Position numbers and translations under genes: made by a program. Under the pieces are notes generated by a model. It saw nothing but the letters and a program-made list of their open reading frames with translations. It had not been told where the DNA came from and searched no databases. From a bacterium (lineage in GTDB: Bacteria > Patescibacteriota > Minisyncoccia > Phycocordibacterales > PALSA-1337), in contig JANXZK010000002.1 in assembly GCA_025355565.1 (NCBI GenBank), positions 15,238-79,237 on the forward strand: 64,000 nucleotides of DNA, given 5' to 3'. Positions 30,490 through 40,005 of this stretch are shown piece after piece. How positions within the stretch are numbered: the first letter of the stretch is position 1; every line of letters starts with the position of its first letter.

Positions 30490-33400
30490 TCATGAAATAC
30501 TGAGCTTCAGTTGTAATCCCCCAACGTTCGAGAAATCGCCAGTGATATTTGCAAAAGAGATGCTCTTTGTCGAAGTCGCCGAAAGAATAGCCCTTTCGTT
30601 CCTCTCGATGAATATACGCCCCTCGCCGCTAGTTTCCACCTTGAGATCGATCTTGTCGCTCACAGTGAGACCTTTTTGTTTGCGCAGATCTTGGATAGCA
30701 CGGACGAGTTCACGAACAGTGCCTTCTTCCTTGAGGGCCGATGTGATGGCTGTGTCCAATGAGACTTTGTAACCACCAGAATCGATGAACAGATGCCCAT
30801 CCTTTTCTGTGATTCCAACATTCGATGGTTCTGTGAACTTGCGTGAGATTACGTTTTTGACATTCAATTTATCCTTGACGATGTCTCTAAAATCATCGGT
30901 GATGTCCACTATCTTTGATCTCGACTTTGCCTTGGCCGTCGAGTTTGATGTAGAACTCATGCTATTGAAACCCAATTCATAAGTCAGACTAGCGAGAGGT
31001 TGGCGTACACCTATCTTCTTGAATGATCTGAGTGACAGAGCAACTTCAACGATCTTTCTGGTCGTCTCCATATCATCTAAAAGTTTCTGATCGAACCTTC
31101 TTACTTTTGGCCAATCCTCCAAATGCACGCTCTCAACCCTACCTCCTTCCGTACCACCACTTTCTCTGTAGAGATATTCTGCGAAAAATGGGGCAAATGG
31201 TGCCATCACTTTTGATAGAGTGATGAGCACATATCGGAGTGTCATCATGGCCTGAGCTTTCCCAACATCCCCGCCATCATGACCGCCCTTAAATCGATCA
31301 CGAGAGCTCTGCAAGTACCACTGAGAAAGATCTGCGACAAAATCCTTGATGGCACGCGACGGTTCCATGAATCTGTATGCGTCTAGATTCGCTGTAACCG
31401 TCCCGACCAATTGATCCAATCGCGCAATGATCCATTTATCCAGGACATTTTGCGATTCAAATCTGCTATTTTGATTTTTAAACTTTCCATTCTCATCGTA
31501 CAGTTTGTAAAATGAAAGCACATTATCAACCATATTGAATACTTTTTTCACCACTTCATCAACAGTTTTTTCTTCAAAATTCTTGGAATCTCCCGGTTGA
31601 TTGACTGAGTACATCCAAAATCGCAGCGCGTCTGCGCCGTATTTATCCATCATCGTGATCGGATTTACGATATTGCCTATAGACTTGCTCATCTTCTTGC
31701 CTTTCTCGTCGAGAAGGTGACCGAGACAGATGACATTCTCATAAGCTCTACCCTTACCCATGATCGTACCGACCGCATGCAACGTGTAAAACCAGCCACG
31801 AGTCTGATCGATCGCTTCTGAGATAAAATCGGCTGGATAATTGGTCTTCTCCACGAATTTCTTGTTCTCAAATGGATAATGATCCTGTGCGAATGGCATA
31901 GAACCAGAATCGAACCAGACATCCATCACTTCCTTGGCACGAGTCATGACACCACCACATTTACATGGCAACTTCACGGCATCGATGAATGGTTTATGCA
32001 GGTCGAGCTCGAAATCAGCATTGTGTGGAAGGATAGAGAAATCTACTGGTCTGACCTCTGCATTTTTTAAGAGGTCTCCAAGATTCGACTCGACACACTG
32101 CGTGTGGTCAAGTCCCCTGGCGGCACCGATCAACATGCCACCGGACAATTCATGCGTCACGATCAGAATCGTTTTACCTTCATATTGTTTGTCTACATCA
32201 TAAATAAAACCGCCCATACGTTTCTTCACGTCTCCCCAGTTCTCGAGACCACCTGGTCTAACTGTAAACCTGTCACCGTTGGTCGAATCTTTGAGGAATT
32301 TATAGAAATCATTGATACTGCGCCCACTCCATGACTTACAATCGATCTCCTGGATGCGTGAATCTTTGATCACATGCCGCTCATCTAGGCCAAGAGTATT
32401 TCTCACCATGTCTGCTGTTTCTAGAGTGCGGATAAATGGCGAAACAATGATCATATCGATGTGTCTTTTTTTGAGAGTTAATGCGGTCTTTTGAACTTGG
32501 ATGCGTCCTTCTGCCGTCAGATGATATGGGTCTCCAGGATCGCTGCTTACAATATCTTTCGTATTATTCTCCGCTTCTCCATGTCGCATGACGAAATATG
32601 TGTTATTTGGCTTTTTCGCAATATCCGCGACAGACCCTACAACCCTCTTCTCATGACAGGTATCACACGTCCACACGGGTAATGGCGTACCCCAATAACG
32701 TTCGCGAGATATCGCCCAATCCTTAACCTCACGCAACCATTCACCAAACCTTCCCTCTTTGATGTGTTCTGGTTCCCAATGGATTTCTTTGTTTTCTCTG
32801 ACGAGTTTCTTGCGGAGTTCTGACATGCGGATATACCAACTGTCCCTCGCGAAATATATGAGCGGAGTATGACATCGCCAACAAAACGGATATGTATGCT
32901 CATATTTTTCCTTCGCGAACAAGAGTCCACGACCCGCGAGATCTTTGATGATCGCGACATCGGTATTCGGATCTTTCACGAATGCGCCCGCGAGGAACCC
33001 AGTCTCCTTCTTGAATGTTCCATCGTCATTCACCAGATGATATTTCGGTAGTCCAACTTTCGTCCCAATCTCAAAGTCATCTTGACCATACATAGGTGCG
33101 AGATGCACTATCCCTGTACCATCTGCCGTCGTGACAAAATCTGCGGCATAAACTTTGAATGCATTCGTGAGCTTTTCGCTTTCAGTGCCTTTTACATTGT
33201 CCTTCAAAAATGGGTAGAGTGGTTCATATGAGAGACCGGCGAGTTCGGAACCTTTGATAGTTTCGATGATCTCCGGATTGTTAAATCTATCTCTCAAAGC
33301 GTCAAACCGATCTTTCGCGAGGATCAAGATCTCGGTTGGTATATCTGCTCGTGCCACTCTGATCTTCACATAGTCGATCTCTTCTCCGATCGCTAGCCCA

Positions 33401-34131
33401 ACATTTCCGGGCAGTGTCCACGGCGTCGTCGTCCAAGCGAGCAACGATATAGGTAAATCCGGATCACTAATTTTCAATCTAAACTTGACATACAAGGAGA
33501 GATCCTTGACCGTCTCATACCCTTGGGCCAACTCATGTGAAGACAATCCCGTGCCACAACGAGGACACCACGGGACAACTTTGTAATCTTTATATAACAG
33601 ATCTTTGTTGTCTGCTTCCTTGATGACATTCCAGACTGATTCGATGAATTTTGGCTTGTAAGTGATATAAGGATCTTTGAGATCTACCCAATAGCCCATG
33701 CGGTTTGTAAAATCCTCCCATTCATGGACATATTTCCAAACACTCTCTTTGCATTTGTCATTGAAAGCGCTGATACCATATGTTTCTATCTCTTTTTTGG
33801 ATTTGAGACCGAGTTCTTTCTCCACCTGCAATTCTACCGGCAATCCATGTGTATCCCAGCCCCCTTTCCTGCGCACATGATATCCACGCATAGTCTTATA
33901 ACGTGGGATAGCATCTTTGAATGCACGGGCTTCGAGATGATGGATACCTGGATGACCATTGGCTGTTGGTGGTCCCTCATAAAAGACGAACTCGCCTTTC
34001 GGAGACTTTTTCGATAGAGATTTCTCGAATATTCCCTGTTCTTTCCAGAATGTCAAAACCTTCTCCTCGCGCTGTGCGTGGGAGGATTTTGGGACATTGT
34101 TCAGCTTTTCACTATTTAAAGTTTTCATCAT
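30490..34131 (-). CDS. ileS: Isoleucyl-tRNA synthetase (type 2) with inserted histidine-phosphatase domain
   Basis: GPPTANG.PGIHH, WDTHGLP, WTTTPWTL, DWAISRERYWGTP, DQTRGWFY, KMSKS; insert with RHGE. Confidence 0.95.
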   Translation of the reverse strand: MMKTLNSEKLNNVPKSSHAQREEKVLTFWKEQGIFEKSLSKKSPKGEFVFYEGPPTANGHPGIHHLEARAFKDAIPRYKTMRGYHVRRKGGWDTHGLPVELQVEKELGLKSKKEIETYGISAFNDKCKESVWKYVHEWEDFTNRMGYWVDLKDPYITYKPKFIESVWNVIKEADNKDLLYKDYKVVPWCPRCGTGLSSHELAQGYETVKDLSLYVKFRLKISDPDLPISLLAWTTTPWTLPGNVGLAIGEEIDYVKIRVARADIPTEILILAKDRFDALRDRFNNPEIIETIKGSELAGLSYEPLYPFLKDNVKGTESEKLTNAFKVYAADFVTTADGTGIVHLAPMYGQDDFEIGTKVGLPKYHLVNDDGTFKKETGFLAGAFVKDPNTDVAIIKDLAGRGLLFAKEKYEHTYPFCWRCHTPLIYFARDSWYIRMSELRKKLVRENKEIHWEPEHIKEGRFGEWLREVKDWAISRERYWGTPLPVWTCDTCHEKRVVGSVADIAKKPNNTYFVMRHGEAENNTKDIVSSDPGDPYHLTAEGRIQVQKTALTLKKRHIDMIIVSPFIRTLETADMVRNTLGLDERHVIKDSRIQEIDCKSWSGRSINDFYKFLKDSTNGDRFTVRPGGLENWGDVKKRMGGFIYDVDKQYEGKTILIVTHELSGGMLIGAARGLDHTQCVESNLGDLLKNAEVRPVDFSILPHNADFELDLHKPFIDAVKLPCKCGGVMTRAKEVMDVWFDSGSMPFAQDHYPFENKKFVEKTNYPADFISEAIDQTRGWFYTLHAVGTIMGKGRAYENVICLGHLLDEKGKKMSKSIGNIVNPITMMDKYGADALRFWMYSVNQPGDSKNFEEKTVDEVVKKVFNMVDNVLSFYKLYDENGKFKNQNSRFESQNVLDKWIIARLDQLVGTVTANLDAYRFMEPSRAIKDFVADLSQWYLQSSRDRFKGGHDGGDVGKAQAMMTLRYVLITLSKVMAPFAPFFAEYLYRESGGTEGGRVESVHLEDWPKVRRFDQKLLDDMETTRKIVEVALSLRSFKKIGVRQPLASLTYELGFNSMSSTSNSTAKAKSRSKIVDITDDFRDIVKDKLNVKNVISRKFTEPSNVGITEKDGHLFIDSGGYKVSLDTAITSALKEEGTVRELVRAIQDLRKQKGLTVSDKIDLKVETSGEGRIFIERNERAILSATSTKSISFANITGDFSNVGGLQLKLSIS

Positions 34132-34160
34132 GATTCCATATTACTCTATGTCGCCTTAGC

Positions 34161-34188
34161 TTGACAACAACTCCCGAACTGCTATAAT
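34161..34188 (+). promoter_or_regulatory. Consensus sigma70 promoter pointing into the 3' end of the NYN gene
   Basis: TTGACA-16bp-TATAAT with extended -10 TG (TGCTATAAT); no plus-strand gene follows. Confidence 0.75.
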
Positions 34189-34194
34189 TGTCTC

Positions 34195-34251
34195 ATAACC
34201 ACGAAAAAGACCCTTACGAGGTTTCGTCCCCGTCGGGGGCTTTTTCTTTTT
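34195..34251 (+). ncRNA. Candidate ~57-nt cis-antisense hairpin RNA
   Basis: Begins 7 nt after the -10; GAAAAAG...CTTTTTC closed hairpin followed by TTTTT. Confidence 0.5.
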
Positions 34252-34741
34252 GGGCCTTTAATATGTTTTTTTGATCATTTATATAAGAGATAGCGGCCTT
34301 TGTCCTCTTTAATAAAATTGAACATTTTTTCTCTGGAGCCGGAGACAATATAACCCCCAATTTTCCTCTCTCCATTAAAAATCTTACCGTGCTAGCATAG
34401 TCACCGTCACTCGATACGATGATCGCCTTATCGAATGCGTTCTCGTATGCATCCTGTACCACTTTCAAGACAAGATCGGTATCACAATTACCTTTGATCT
34501 TACCTTCGGCATCATATACAACTTCCTTAAATATCAGTGTGAAGCCAGCCTCTTGAAGATCCGTATACAGATCTTTGTACTTTGGGATAAGCCCTATGAA
34601 TATATATGCCTTACTTACATGGTATTTTTCCTTCAACCAGACTCTGAATCTCTTATAATCCATACTCCATCGCAAACGCTTTACACCTCTATGCAAATTT
34701 GCTGCATCTATATAAGCATGATTTTTTTTCATTTTTTCCAT
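34214..34741 (-). CDS. NYN/LabA-DUF88 (PIN-like) ribonuclease-domain protein
   Basis: YIDAANL, KGNCDTDL, VSSDGDY acidic catalytic motifs. Confidence 0.88.
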   Translation of the reverse strand: MEKMKKNHAYIDAANLHRGVKRLRWSMDYKRFRVWLKEKYHVSKAYIFIGLIPKYKDLYTDLQEAGFTLIFKEVVYDAEGKIKGNCDTDLVLKVVQDAYENAFDKAIIVSSDGDYASTVRFLMERGKLGVILSPAPEKKCSILLKRTKAAISYINDQKNILKAQKEKAPDGDETS

Positions 34742-34789
34742 GATTTGTAGGCCTATTCTAGCACTTCTTAGGGATTTGGGAATAAAAAA

Positions 34790-36577
34790 CTACATCCTCT
34801 TTGGCACCTTTATCCCGAGTAGCCACAACCCCTGAGTCATCACCCGCAAGAATACTTTGGTCAATTGCACCCTGTATGCAGACAATGGATCTTTCTCATC
34901 GACAATAGTTTGGTTGGCATAGAAGGCGTTGAAAGCGCCTGCGAGCGCGATCAAGTAATTCGCCACTATTTGTGGTGCGTATTCGGTCTGTGCGCGTAGA
35001 GCGACATCATCGAAACGGACGACCAGCTTTTCGAGTAGTCCAACTTTCTCTGGCAGTTTAGAAGTTGCGAATGGAAGGACTTTAAAGATTTGATGGCTGT
35101 TTGAAATCTCGCCCGCTTTTTCCAATATCGATTGCGCCCTCACCGCAGAATATTGCAAATATGGTCCGGAATCACCTTCGAATGAAATAGATGTGGCGGA
35201 ATCAAAAACAACATTGCCACCGATCGCCTGTCGCAAAATAGTATACTTGATGGCACCGACAGCGATGATCTCGGCGATCTCCTCTGACTCGTCCGGGCCG
35301 AATTTCCTATCAGCGATCTTTTCCATGACCATCTTCTCCATGTCACCCATGAGCGCATCGGCCGTAACGACATTTCCTGTCCTCGAAGACATCTTGCCCT
35401 CTTTGAACCTGATCATGCCATGGCCCACATGCATAGTCTTTGCTCCATTCTTTTCATCGATCTCTAAAAGAACTTTGGCGAGGACTTTGAAGTAGTCATT
35501 CTGTTCGTTAGCAGTGACGATGATCGAGCTCGACGCATCCGGATATTTCTCGAACTTCGTCATATTCAGACCGACATCCTTCGTCTCATATGTCGGCAAT
35601 CCACGAGAATTGATGAAAACCCGTGTATGCAGACCAAATTCTTCACCCTTGAACACGATCGCGCCATCGCTCTCTTCGAAAACCCCTCCCTTCTCCTTAA
35701 TATTTTCCTTCACCACCTTTAGCCCCACTGGCGCCATCTCGCTTTCAAAGATCTGCTCATCAAACTTCGTACCTAGCAACTCGTACAGCATGTCAAAGTG
35801 GTCGAGACTCCATTGTCTCCCTTTATCGTAAAGATCATTCACCGCGTCATCAGACCTGTCATATATCGCTTGATTCAATTCATCTATCTCATTCTTTACC
35901 AATGGATCCTCGTCATACTTCTTCGTGCCTTCCACATACATCTTTCCCAAAAATGCTGTCCTCTCATCGATGGCTGCCGCTTCGGAAGGGATTTCCCTCA
36001 AGTGTTGCTGCATCGCCCAGATGGACTTTGCGATGTGCAAGCCGATATCAGATGGGTAACAGATACGCACTACAGATGCGCCCGAATTTTCGATCAATCG
36101 TGAAAGTGATTCCCCGATAGTGTTCGACATGATGTGACCGACATGAAAAGCTTTGAACGTATTCGGGTCTGTGTATTCGATGAGAACCGTCTTCCGACCT
36201 GCCTGTTTTCCCCCTTCATTCCCACTTCTCTGCTTCGCCGCTTCGCCCTGCTGGACACCTCCTCCATTCTCCACTTTCATGATCTCTTTCGCGAACACTT
36301 CGTCCTTCAATTTGAAATTGATAAATCCAGGGCCAGCGACAGAAATGTGAGATATTGATTGGCTGATCATCTCATCGTTCCCCTTCTTGAGCAATTCAAT
36401 GAACTTTTCCGCCAATTGTTTTGGGGACATCTCTAACTGCTTGGCATAAACCATCGCCACATTCGTGGAAAAATCCCCGTGCTCAGGGTTCTCTGGGTAA
36501 TCGATCTTTGCTTCGGGTTTCGCGATCCCGAGGTTTAGTAGCACTTTCTCTAATGCGTCAATGAGTTGTTGTTTCAT
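34790..36577 (-). CDS. argS: Arginyl-tRNA synthetase
   Basis: HGDFSTN, AGPGFINF, EYTDPN..K.FHVGH, KMSSRTGN, GPYLQY. Confidence 0.95.
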   Translation of the reverse strand: MKQQLIDALEKVLLNLGIAKPEAKIDYPENPEHGDFSTNVAMVYAKQLEMSPKQLAEKFIELLKKGNDEMISQSISHISVAGPGFINFKLKDEVFAKEIMKVENGGGVQQGEAAKQRSGNEGGKQAGRKTVLIEYTDPNTFKAFHVGHIMSNTIGESLSRLIENSGASVVRICYPSDIGLHIAKSIWAMQQHLREIPSEAAAIDERTAFLGKMYVEGTKKYDEDPLVKNEIDELNQAIYDRSDDAVNDLYDKGRQWSLDHFDMLYELLGTKFDEQIFESEMAPVGLKVVKENIKEKGGVFEESDGAIVFKGEEFGLHTRVFINSRGLPTYETKDVGLNMTKFEKYPDASSSIIVTANEQNDYFKVLAKVLLEIDEKNGAKTMHVGHGMIRFKEGKMSSRTGNVVTADALMGDMEKMVMEKIADRKFGPDESEEIAEIIAVGAIKYTILRQAIGGNVVFDSATSISFEGDSGPYLQYSAVRAQSILEKAGEISNSHQIFKVLPFATSKLPEKVGLLEKLVVRFDDVALRAQTEYAPQIVANYLIALAGAFNAFYANQTIVDEKDPLSAYRVQLTKVFLRVMTQGLWLLGIKVPKRM

Positions 36578-36632
36578 GGGTCAATACTAACAGAGATGAG
36601 CAAAGAGTGCGACAAAGTCGATTCCGACCAAT

Positions 36633-36677
36633 AAAAAAGCCGGTTAGCACACCGAGCTGTGTTGTCTGTGCTAACCG
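36633..36677 (-). terminator. Intrinsic terminator upstream of argS
   Basis: CGGTTAGCACA...TGTGCTAACCG 11-bp stem followed by gcTTTTTT on the minus strand. Confidence 0.7.
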
Positions 36678-36701
36678 ACCGAATTGGACCGACACCAAAT
36701 G

Positions 36702-36815
36702 TTAATACAGAACAGTCCCCGTAAAAGCAGGAGTCAGAAGAACCAATAGTTGATTCTCGAGCTTCATCTTCGCAAGTCCTTTCTTCTTTAACCGGAATTG
36801 ATATGTGTGACGCAT
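36702..36815 (-). CDS. Candidate small hydrophobic peptide (37 aa, or 21 aa from ATG 36767)
   Basis: MRHTYQFRLKKKGLAKMKLENQLLVLLTPAFTGTVLY; AAGGA 9 nt before the second ATG; own terminator. Confidence 0.3.
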   Translation of the reverse strand: MRHTYQFRLKKKGLAKMKLENQLLVLLTPAFTGTVLY

Positions 36816-36883
36816 AATGAGAGGGTTGCTGTTTCCAACCCTCCCTTCAACCAGAAAAACAAAACAACTATTCAAATATTAGT

Positions 36884-38137
36884 TTATGCTTCCTTCAAAA
36901 TTTTGTCAATCTTCTCAGCGATCTTTTTGAAATCTCTCTCCTTCTTTCCCCGCGTCGTCTCAGCGGCAGTTCCTAGTCTGATACCTGACGGATCAAATGG
37001 CGGTCTCGTATCAAATGGTATGGCATTTTTATTCACGATGATGCCATCCTTCTCTAACTTTTCACTGGCATCTTTACCGGAGACAGCGCCCGCTCCGAGA
37101 GAATTCTTGACCCCGCCTTGCCACGTGTCAATAAGGACGAGATGACTATCTGTCCCATTTGAAATAATCCTCCAGCCGCGCTTCATGAGTTCGTTAGCTA
37201 ATGTTGCGGCATTTTTTATAACTTGTCTTGCGTATTTTTTAAATTTAGGTTGAATAGCCTCTCTCAGTGCCACGGCAACCGCCGCGACCTGATTCATATG
37301 TGGCCCTCCCTGAAGCCCTGGGAAAACCGCCTTGTCTATCTTTTTATCCAATTCACGAGTATCGCGTTTTACGAAAATGAGCGCCGCGCGTGGACCACGG
37401 AGAGTTTTGTGCGTTGTTGTCGTAACGATATCGGCAAATGGGAATGGTGATGGATACACTCCGCCAGCGACTAGTCCGGCGATGTGCGACATATCAACCA
37501 TCAGTATCGATCCTGCAGCATCAGCCACTTCCCTCATCCGAACCCAATCGATGATCCTCGGATAAGCAGTGTAACCGCAGACGATGATCGCTGGCTTCTC
37601 TCTGACCGCCGTTTCTCGCAATTGGTCATAATCCAAAACCTCCGTCGTCTTGTCGACACCATAAGGAACTTGCGTCCAGAATTTTCCTGAAGCAGTGACT
37701 TTCTGACCGTGAGTGAGGTGACCGCCTTGATCCAAAGACATACCCATGATCTTTGGAGCAGCGATCGTTGTCGGCGGGACAGATTTGTCCGCTGATGGCA
37801 CAGACTTCACATGCGTCGCTCCTAACACCCCGAGATATACTGCCAGATTCGCTGGTGAACCGGAGAGAGCTTGAACGTTCACGTGCCAGTCAGTCATGTT
37901 GAGCCCAAACAGCTTCAGTGCCCTCTCTTTGCAGAGCTCTTCGATCTTGTCAACGATCTCGTTGCCACCGTAATATCGCTTGCCGGGATAACCCTCCGCG
38001 TACTTGTTCGTCAATTCAGAACCGAGAGCGTCCAAGACATCATCGGAAACATAATTCTCCGAAGCGATCAGGTTTATAACTTTTTTTTGACGTTTCTGTT
38101 CTGCGCCGATCAGTTTCTTTATTTGTATATCTTTCAT
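36884..38137 (-). CDS. glyA: Serine hydroxymethyltransferase
   Basis: LIASEN, NKYAEGYPG.RYYGG, GGHLTHG, TTTTHKTLRGPR, PGLQGGP; start ATG 38137. Confidence 0.97.
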   Translation of the reverse strand: MKDIQIKKLIGAEQKRQKKVINLIASENYVSDDVLDALGSELTNKYAEGYPGKRYYGGNEIVDKIEELCKERALKLFGLNMTDWHVNVQALSGSPANLAVYLGVLGATHVKSVPSADKSVPPTTIAAPKIMGMSLDQGGHLTHGQKVTASGKFWTQVPYGVDKTTEVLDYDQLRETAVREKPAIIVCGYTAYPRIIDWVRMREVADAAGSILMVDMSHIAGLVAGGVYPSPFPFADIVTTTTHKTLRGPRAALIFVKRDTRELDKKIDKAVFPGLQGGPHMNQVAAVAVALREAIQPKFKKYARQVIKNAATLANELMKRGWRIISNGTDSHLVLIDTWQGGVKNSLGAGAVSGKDASEKLEKDGIIVNKNAIPFDTRPPFDPSGIRLGTAAETTRGKKERDFKKIAEKIDKILKEA

Positions 38138-38190
38138 GGATATATCGTAGCATATTTCATTGATAAATCTCATTGTTGAATAGCCCCCTA

Positions 38191-38221
38191 CACCTCACCC
38201 CCGAACGACCGAGCATTCTTT
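38191..38221. repeat. Dispersed 31-bp repeat, copy 1
   Basis: CACCTCACCCCCGAACGACCGAGCATTCTTT; 28/31 identical to 44116-44146. Confidence 0.7.
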
Positions 38222-38238
38222 CTTAGCAAGATATTAAT

Positions 38239-38528
38239 AAAAAAGTTCCCGTTGCACCCGATGCGCAACGGGAACCGAACCATGAACTCCGAACCACACC
38301 ACTATGAAAAGTCCTCGTAAACCGAGCCACGAACAGCGTAGCTCCCTTCCCCGAGAACCAGAGGAAGGAAAAGCGAAAATGCTACAAAAAGACAAAGAGC
38401 TGCGCTGTCCGACGTCGCACCAGCCGAAAGGCTAGAGAAGGCGACGACGTCGGACACACGCATCTGGCGACCGTGATGGAAAGATGAACACCGTAAAAAC
38501 TGTAAAATAGCGATAGCGCCGCTCTGTC
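38239..38528 (-). ncRNA. Candidate structured non-coding RNA ending in an intrinsic terminator
   Basis: Several stems (TGTCCGACGTCG/CGACGTCGGACA, AGCC/GGCT, CCTTCC/GGAAGG, GTAGC/GCTAC); terminator GTTCCCGTTGC/GCAACGGGAAC plus T6. Confidence 0.4.
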
Positions 38529-38563
38529 ATTACTCTGTCATGAGACTACTCCTACCTGATCAT

Positions 38564-39256
38564 TTATGCAAGCGAGTTATGCACAAGCTCCATAACCATA
38601 CTGTGGATAACTTCTGGGCACATCAACTTCCCTTTTTTGTCACAACAGTCGATGCGTTTCCAATCTCTTCTCGCCTTGGTGAGACTTATATATGTCTTGA
38701 CGACATCGATCTGAAATCGTTGATCCCTCTCATGTTGATCGCGAGCGCCGTTCTTCTTGCCGAGATATCCACGGCTCGATTTCTTTTTTACGAGTTGTTT
38801 CGAGTATTTCGGCGGCACATAGAGATACACGACTAGCTCCGGACGAGGCAGACCGATCTCGTCATATTCGGCATGCTCGAGAAACTCGATGAATCGTTTC
38901 CTCGCCGCACCTCGGAATTTTGTCGCCTGAAAAGCTGTATTACTCGATGTGTATCGATTGCAAATGACGACCCCATCTCTCAGGGCATCGTAGAGAGCTA
39001 CCTTGGCCATCGCCCGATCGAGCATGTATGGAAGCGAAGACATATATGGAGACATATGACGAAAATCACCAAAGTCACCTTTCAATGCCCGACCTGTCAA
39101 CGCACCAAAGAATGAATCCTCATAACGAGGAAAATCGAAATATGTCGTCTTCACTCCCAGTTTTTCCAGAGCTTCTAGCAAAAGTTTCGCCTGCGTGGCC
39201 TTGCCCGCACCGTCACCACCTTCAACGACGATCAGTTTGTTGTGAATATTTTTCAT
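38564..39256 (-). CDS. tmk: Thymidylate kinase-family dNMP kinase
   Basis: VEGGDGAGKATQ P-loop, FPRY, DR, NRY..S..AFQ, LPRP. Confidence 0.85.
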   Translation of the reverse strand: MKNIHNKLIVVEGGDGAGKATQAKLLLEALEKLGVKTTYFDFPRYEDSFFGALTGRALKGDFGDFRHMSPYMSSLPYMLDRAMAKVALYDALRDGVVICNRYTSSNTAFQATKFRGAARKRFIEFLEHAEYDEIGLPRPELVVYLYVPPKYSKQLVKKKSSRGYLGKKNGARDQHERDQRFQIDVVKTYISLTKARRDWKRIDCCDKKGKLMCPEVIHSMVMELVHNSLA

Positions 39257-39370
39257 ATTTGTTTTTTGCAACTACTTTCTACATTTACAATACAAGAATT
39301 CTCTTATTTATTCAAAATATTAGATGGTGACAACCTGTTGATAATTTCCCGCATGTCCCCAATACCTCAT

Positions 39371-39853
39371 CTACCTCTTCGCCTCAAATAACTCCAATGC
39401 CCCTTCGACCAGGAAGACCCTATCTATACCTGCGGCTATCATATTATCCCAACACTGCTCGCAACACCACCAATGACCATAGAGATACAGATCGGCCCCA
39501 ACAACATTCCCTTTTTCGGTCTTCTTTATCGCATCCTTACATGCTCGCGACTCAGCATGCTGTTCACACGACGCGCAGCCTGGACACAGCCAATACTTCT
39601 GACCTGAAGGGATTTTCAAAAACCGACGCACGCAAAACTTCGTCCTATGAAATTCGAGCAGTCTTTTGTTCCGTAGTGCCGACTGATTGGCACCACGACC
39701 AATAACCATACCGTCCTTAACAACAACAGCGCCTGTTGGATGTTGCATGTCAGTTGATTCTTCATTTCGGAGTCTCATCGCCTCCTTCATAAATACATTT
39801 TCGACGGAGACATAGTTTATCGTCCTCCCTTCTGGTAGATATGGATATTGCAT
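39371..39853 (-). CDS. Zn-dependent deaminase, dCMP deaminase-like
   Basis: GAVVVKDG..IG.G.N, C.R.....SG...LC insert, HAE, WCCEQC, I.AGI..V. Confidence 0.8.
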   Translation of the reverse strand: MQYPYLPEGRTINYVSVENVFMKEAMRLRNEESTDMQHPTGAVVVKDGMVIGRGANQSALRNKRLLEFHRTKFCVRRFLKIPSGQKYWLCPGCASCEQHAESRACKDAIKKTEKGNVVGADLYLYGHWWCCEQCWDNMIAAGIDRVFLVEGALELFEAKR

Positions 39854-40005
39854 GGTTGTATCTATGAGATCGAAATATGTTGCTCTGAGAGAACGTCTAC
39901 AACATGTTTCGATCTTGATTCCAATTATGATGACTATTAAAAACTACATTCCAATCTTTGTAAATACTATAAACAATCCTCGTAATTATATATAATAAAC
40001 GCACC

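Noticed and set aside
38300-38530. RNase P RNA or ZTP riboswitch upstream of glyA
   Set aside because: No GAGGAAAGTCC core and no ZTP pseudoknot pair in the correct orientation found by eye; kept only as an unclassified structured region.
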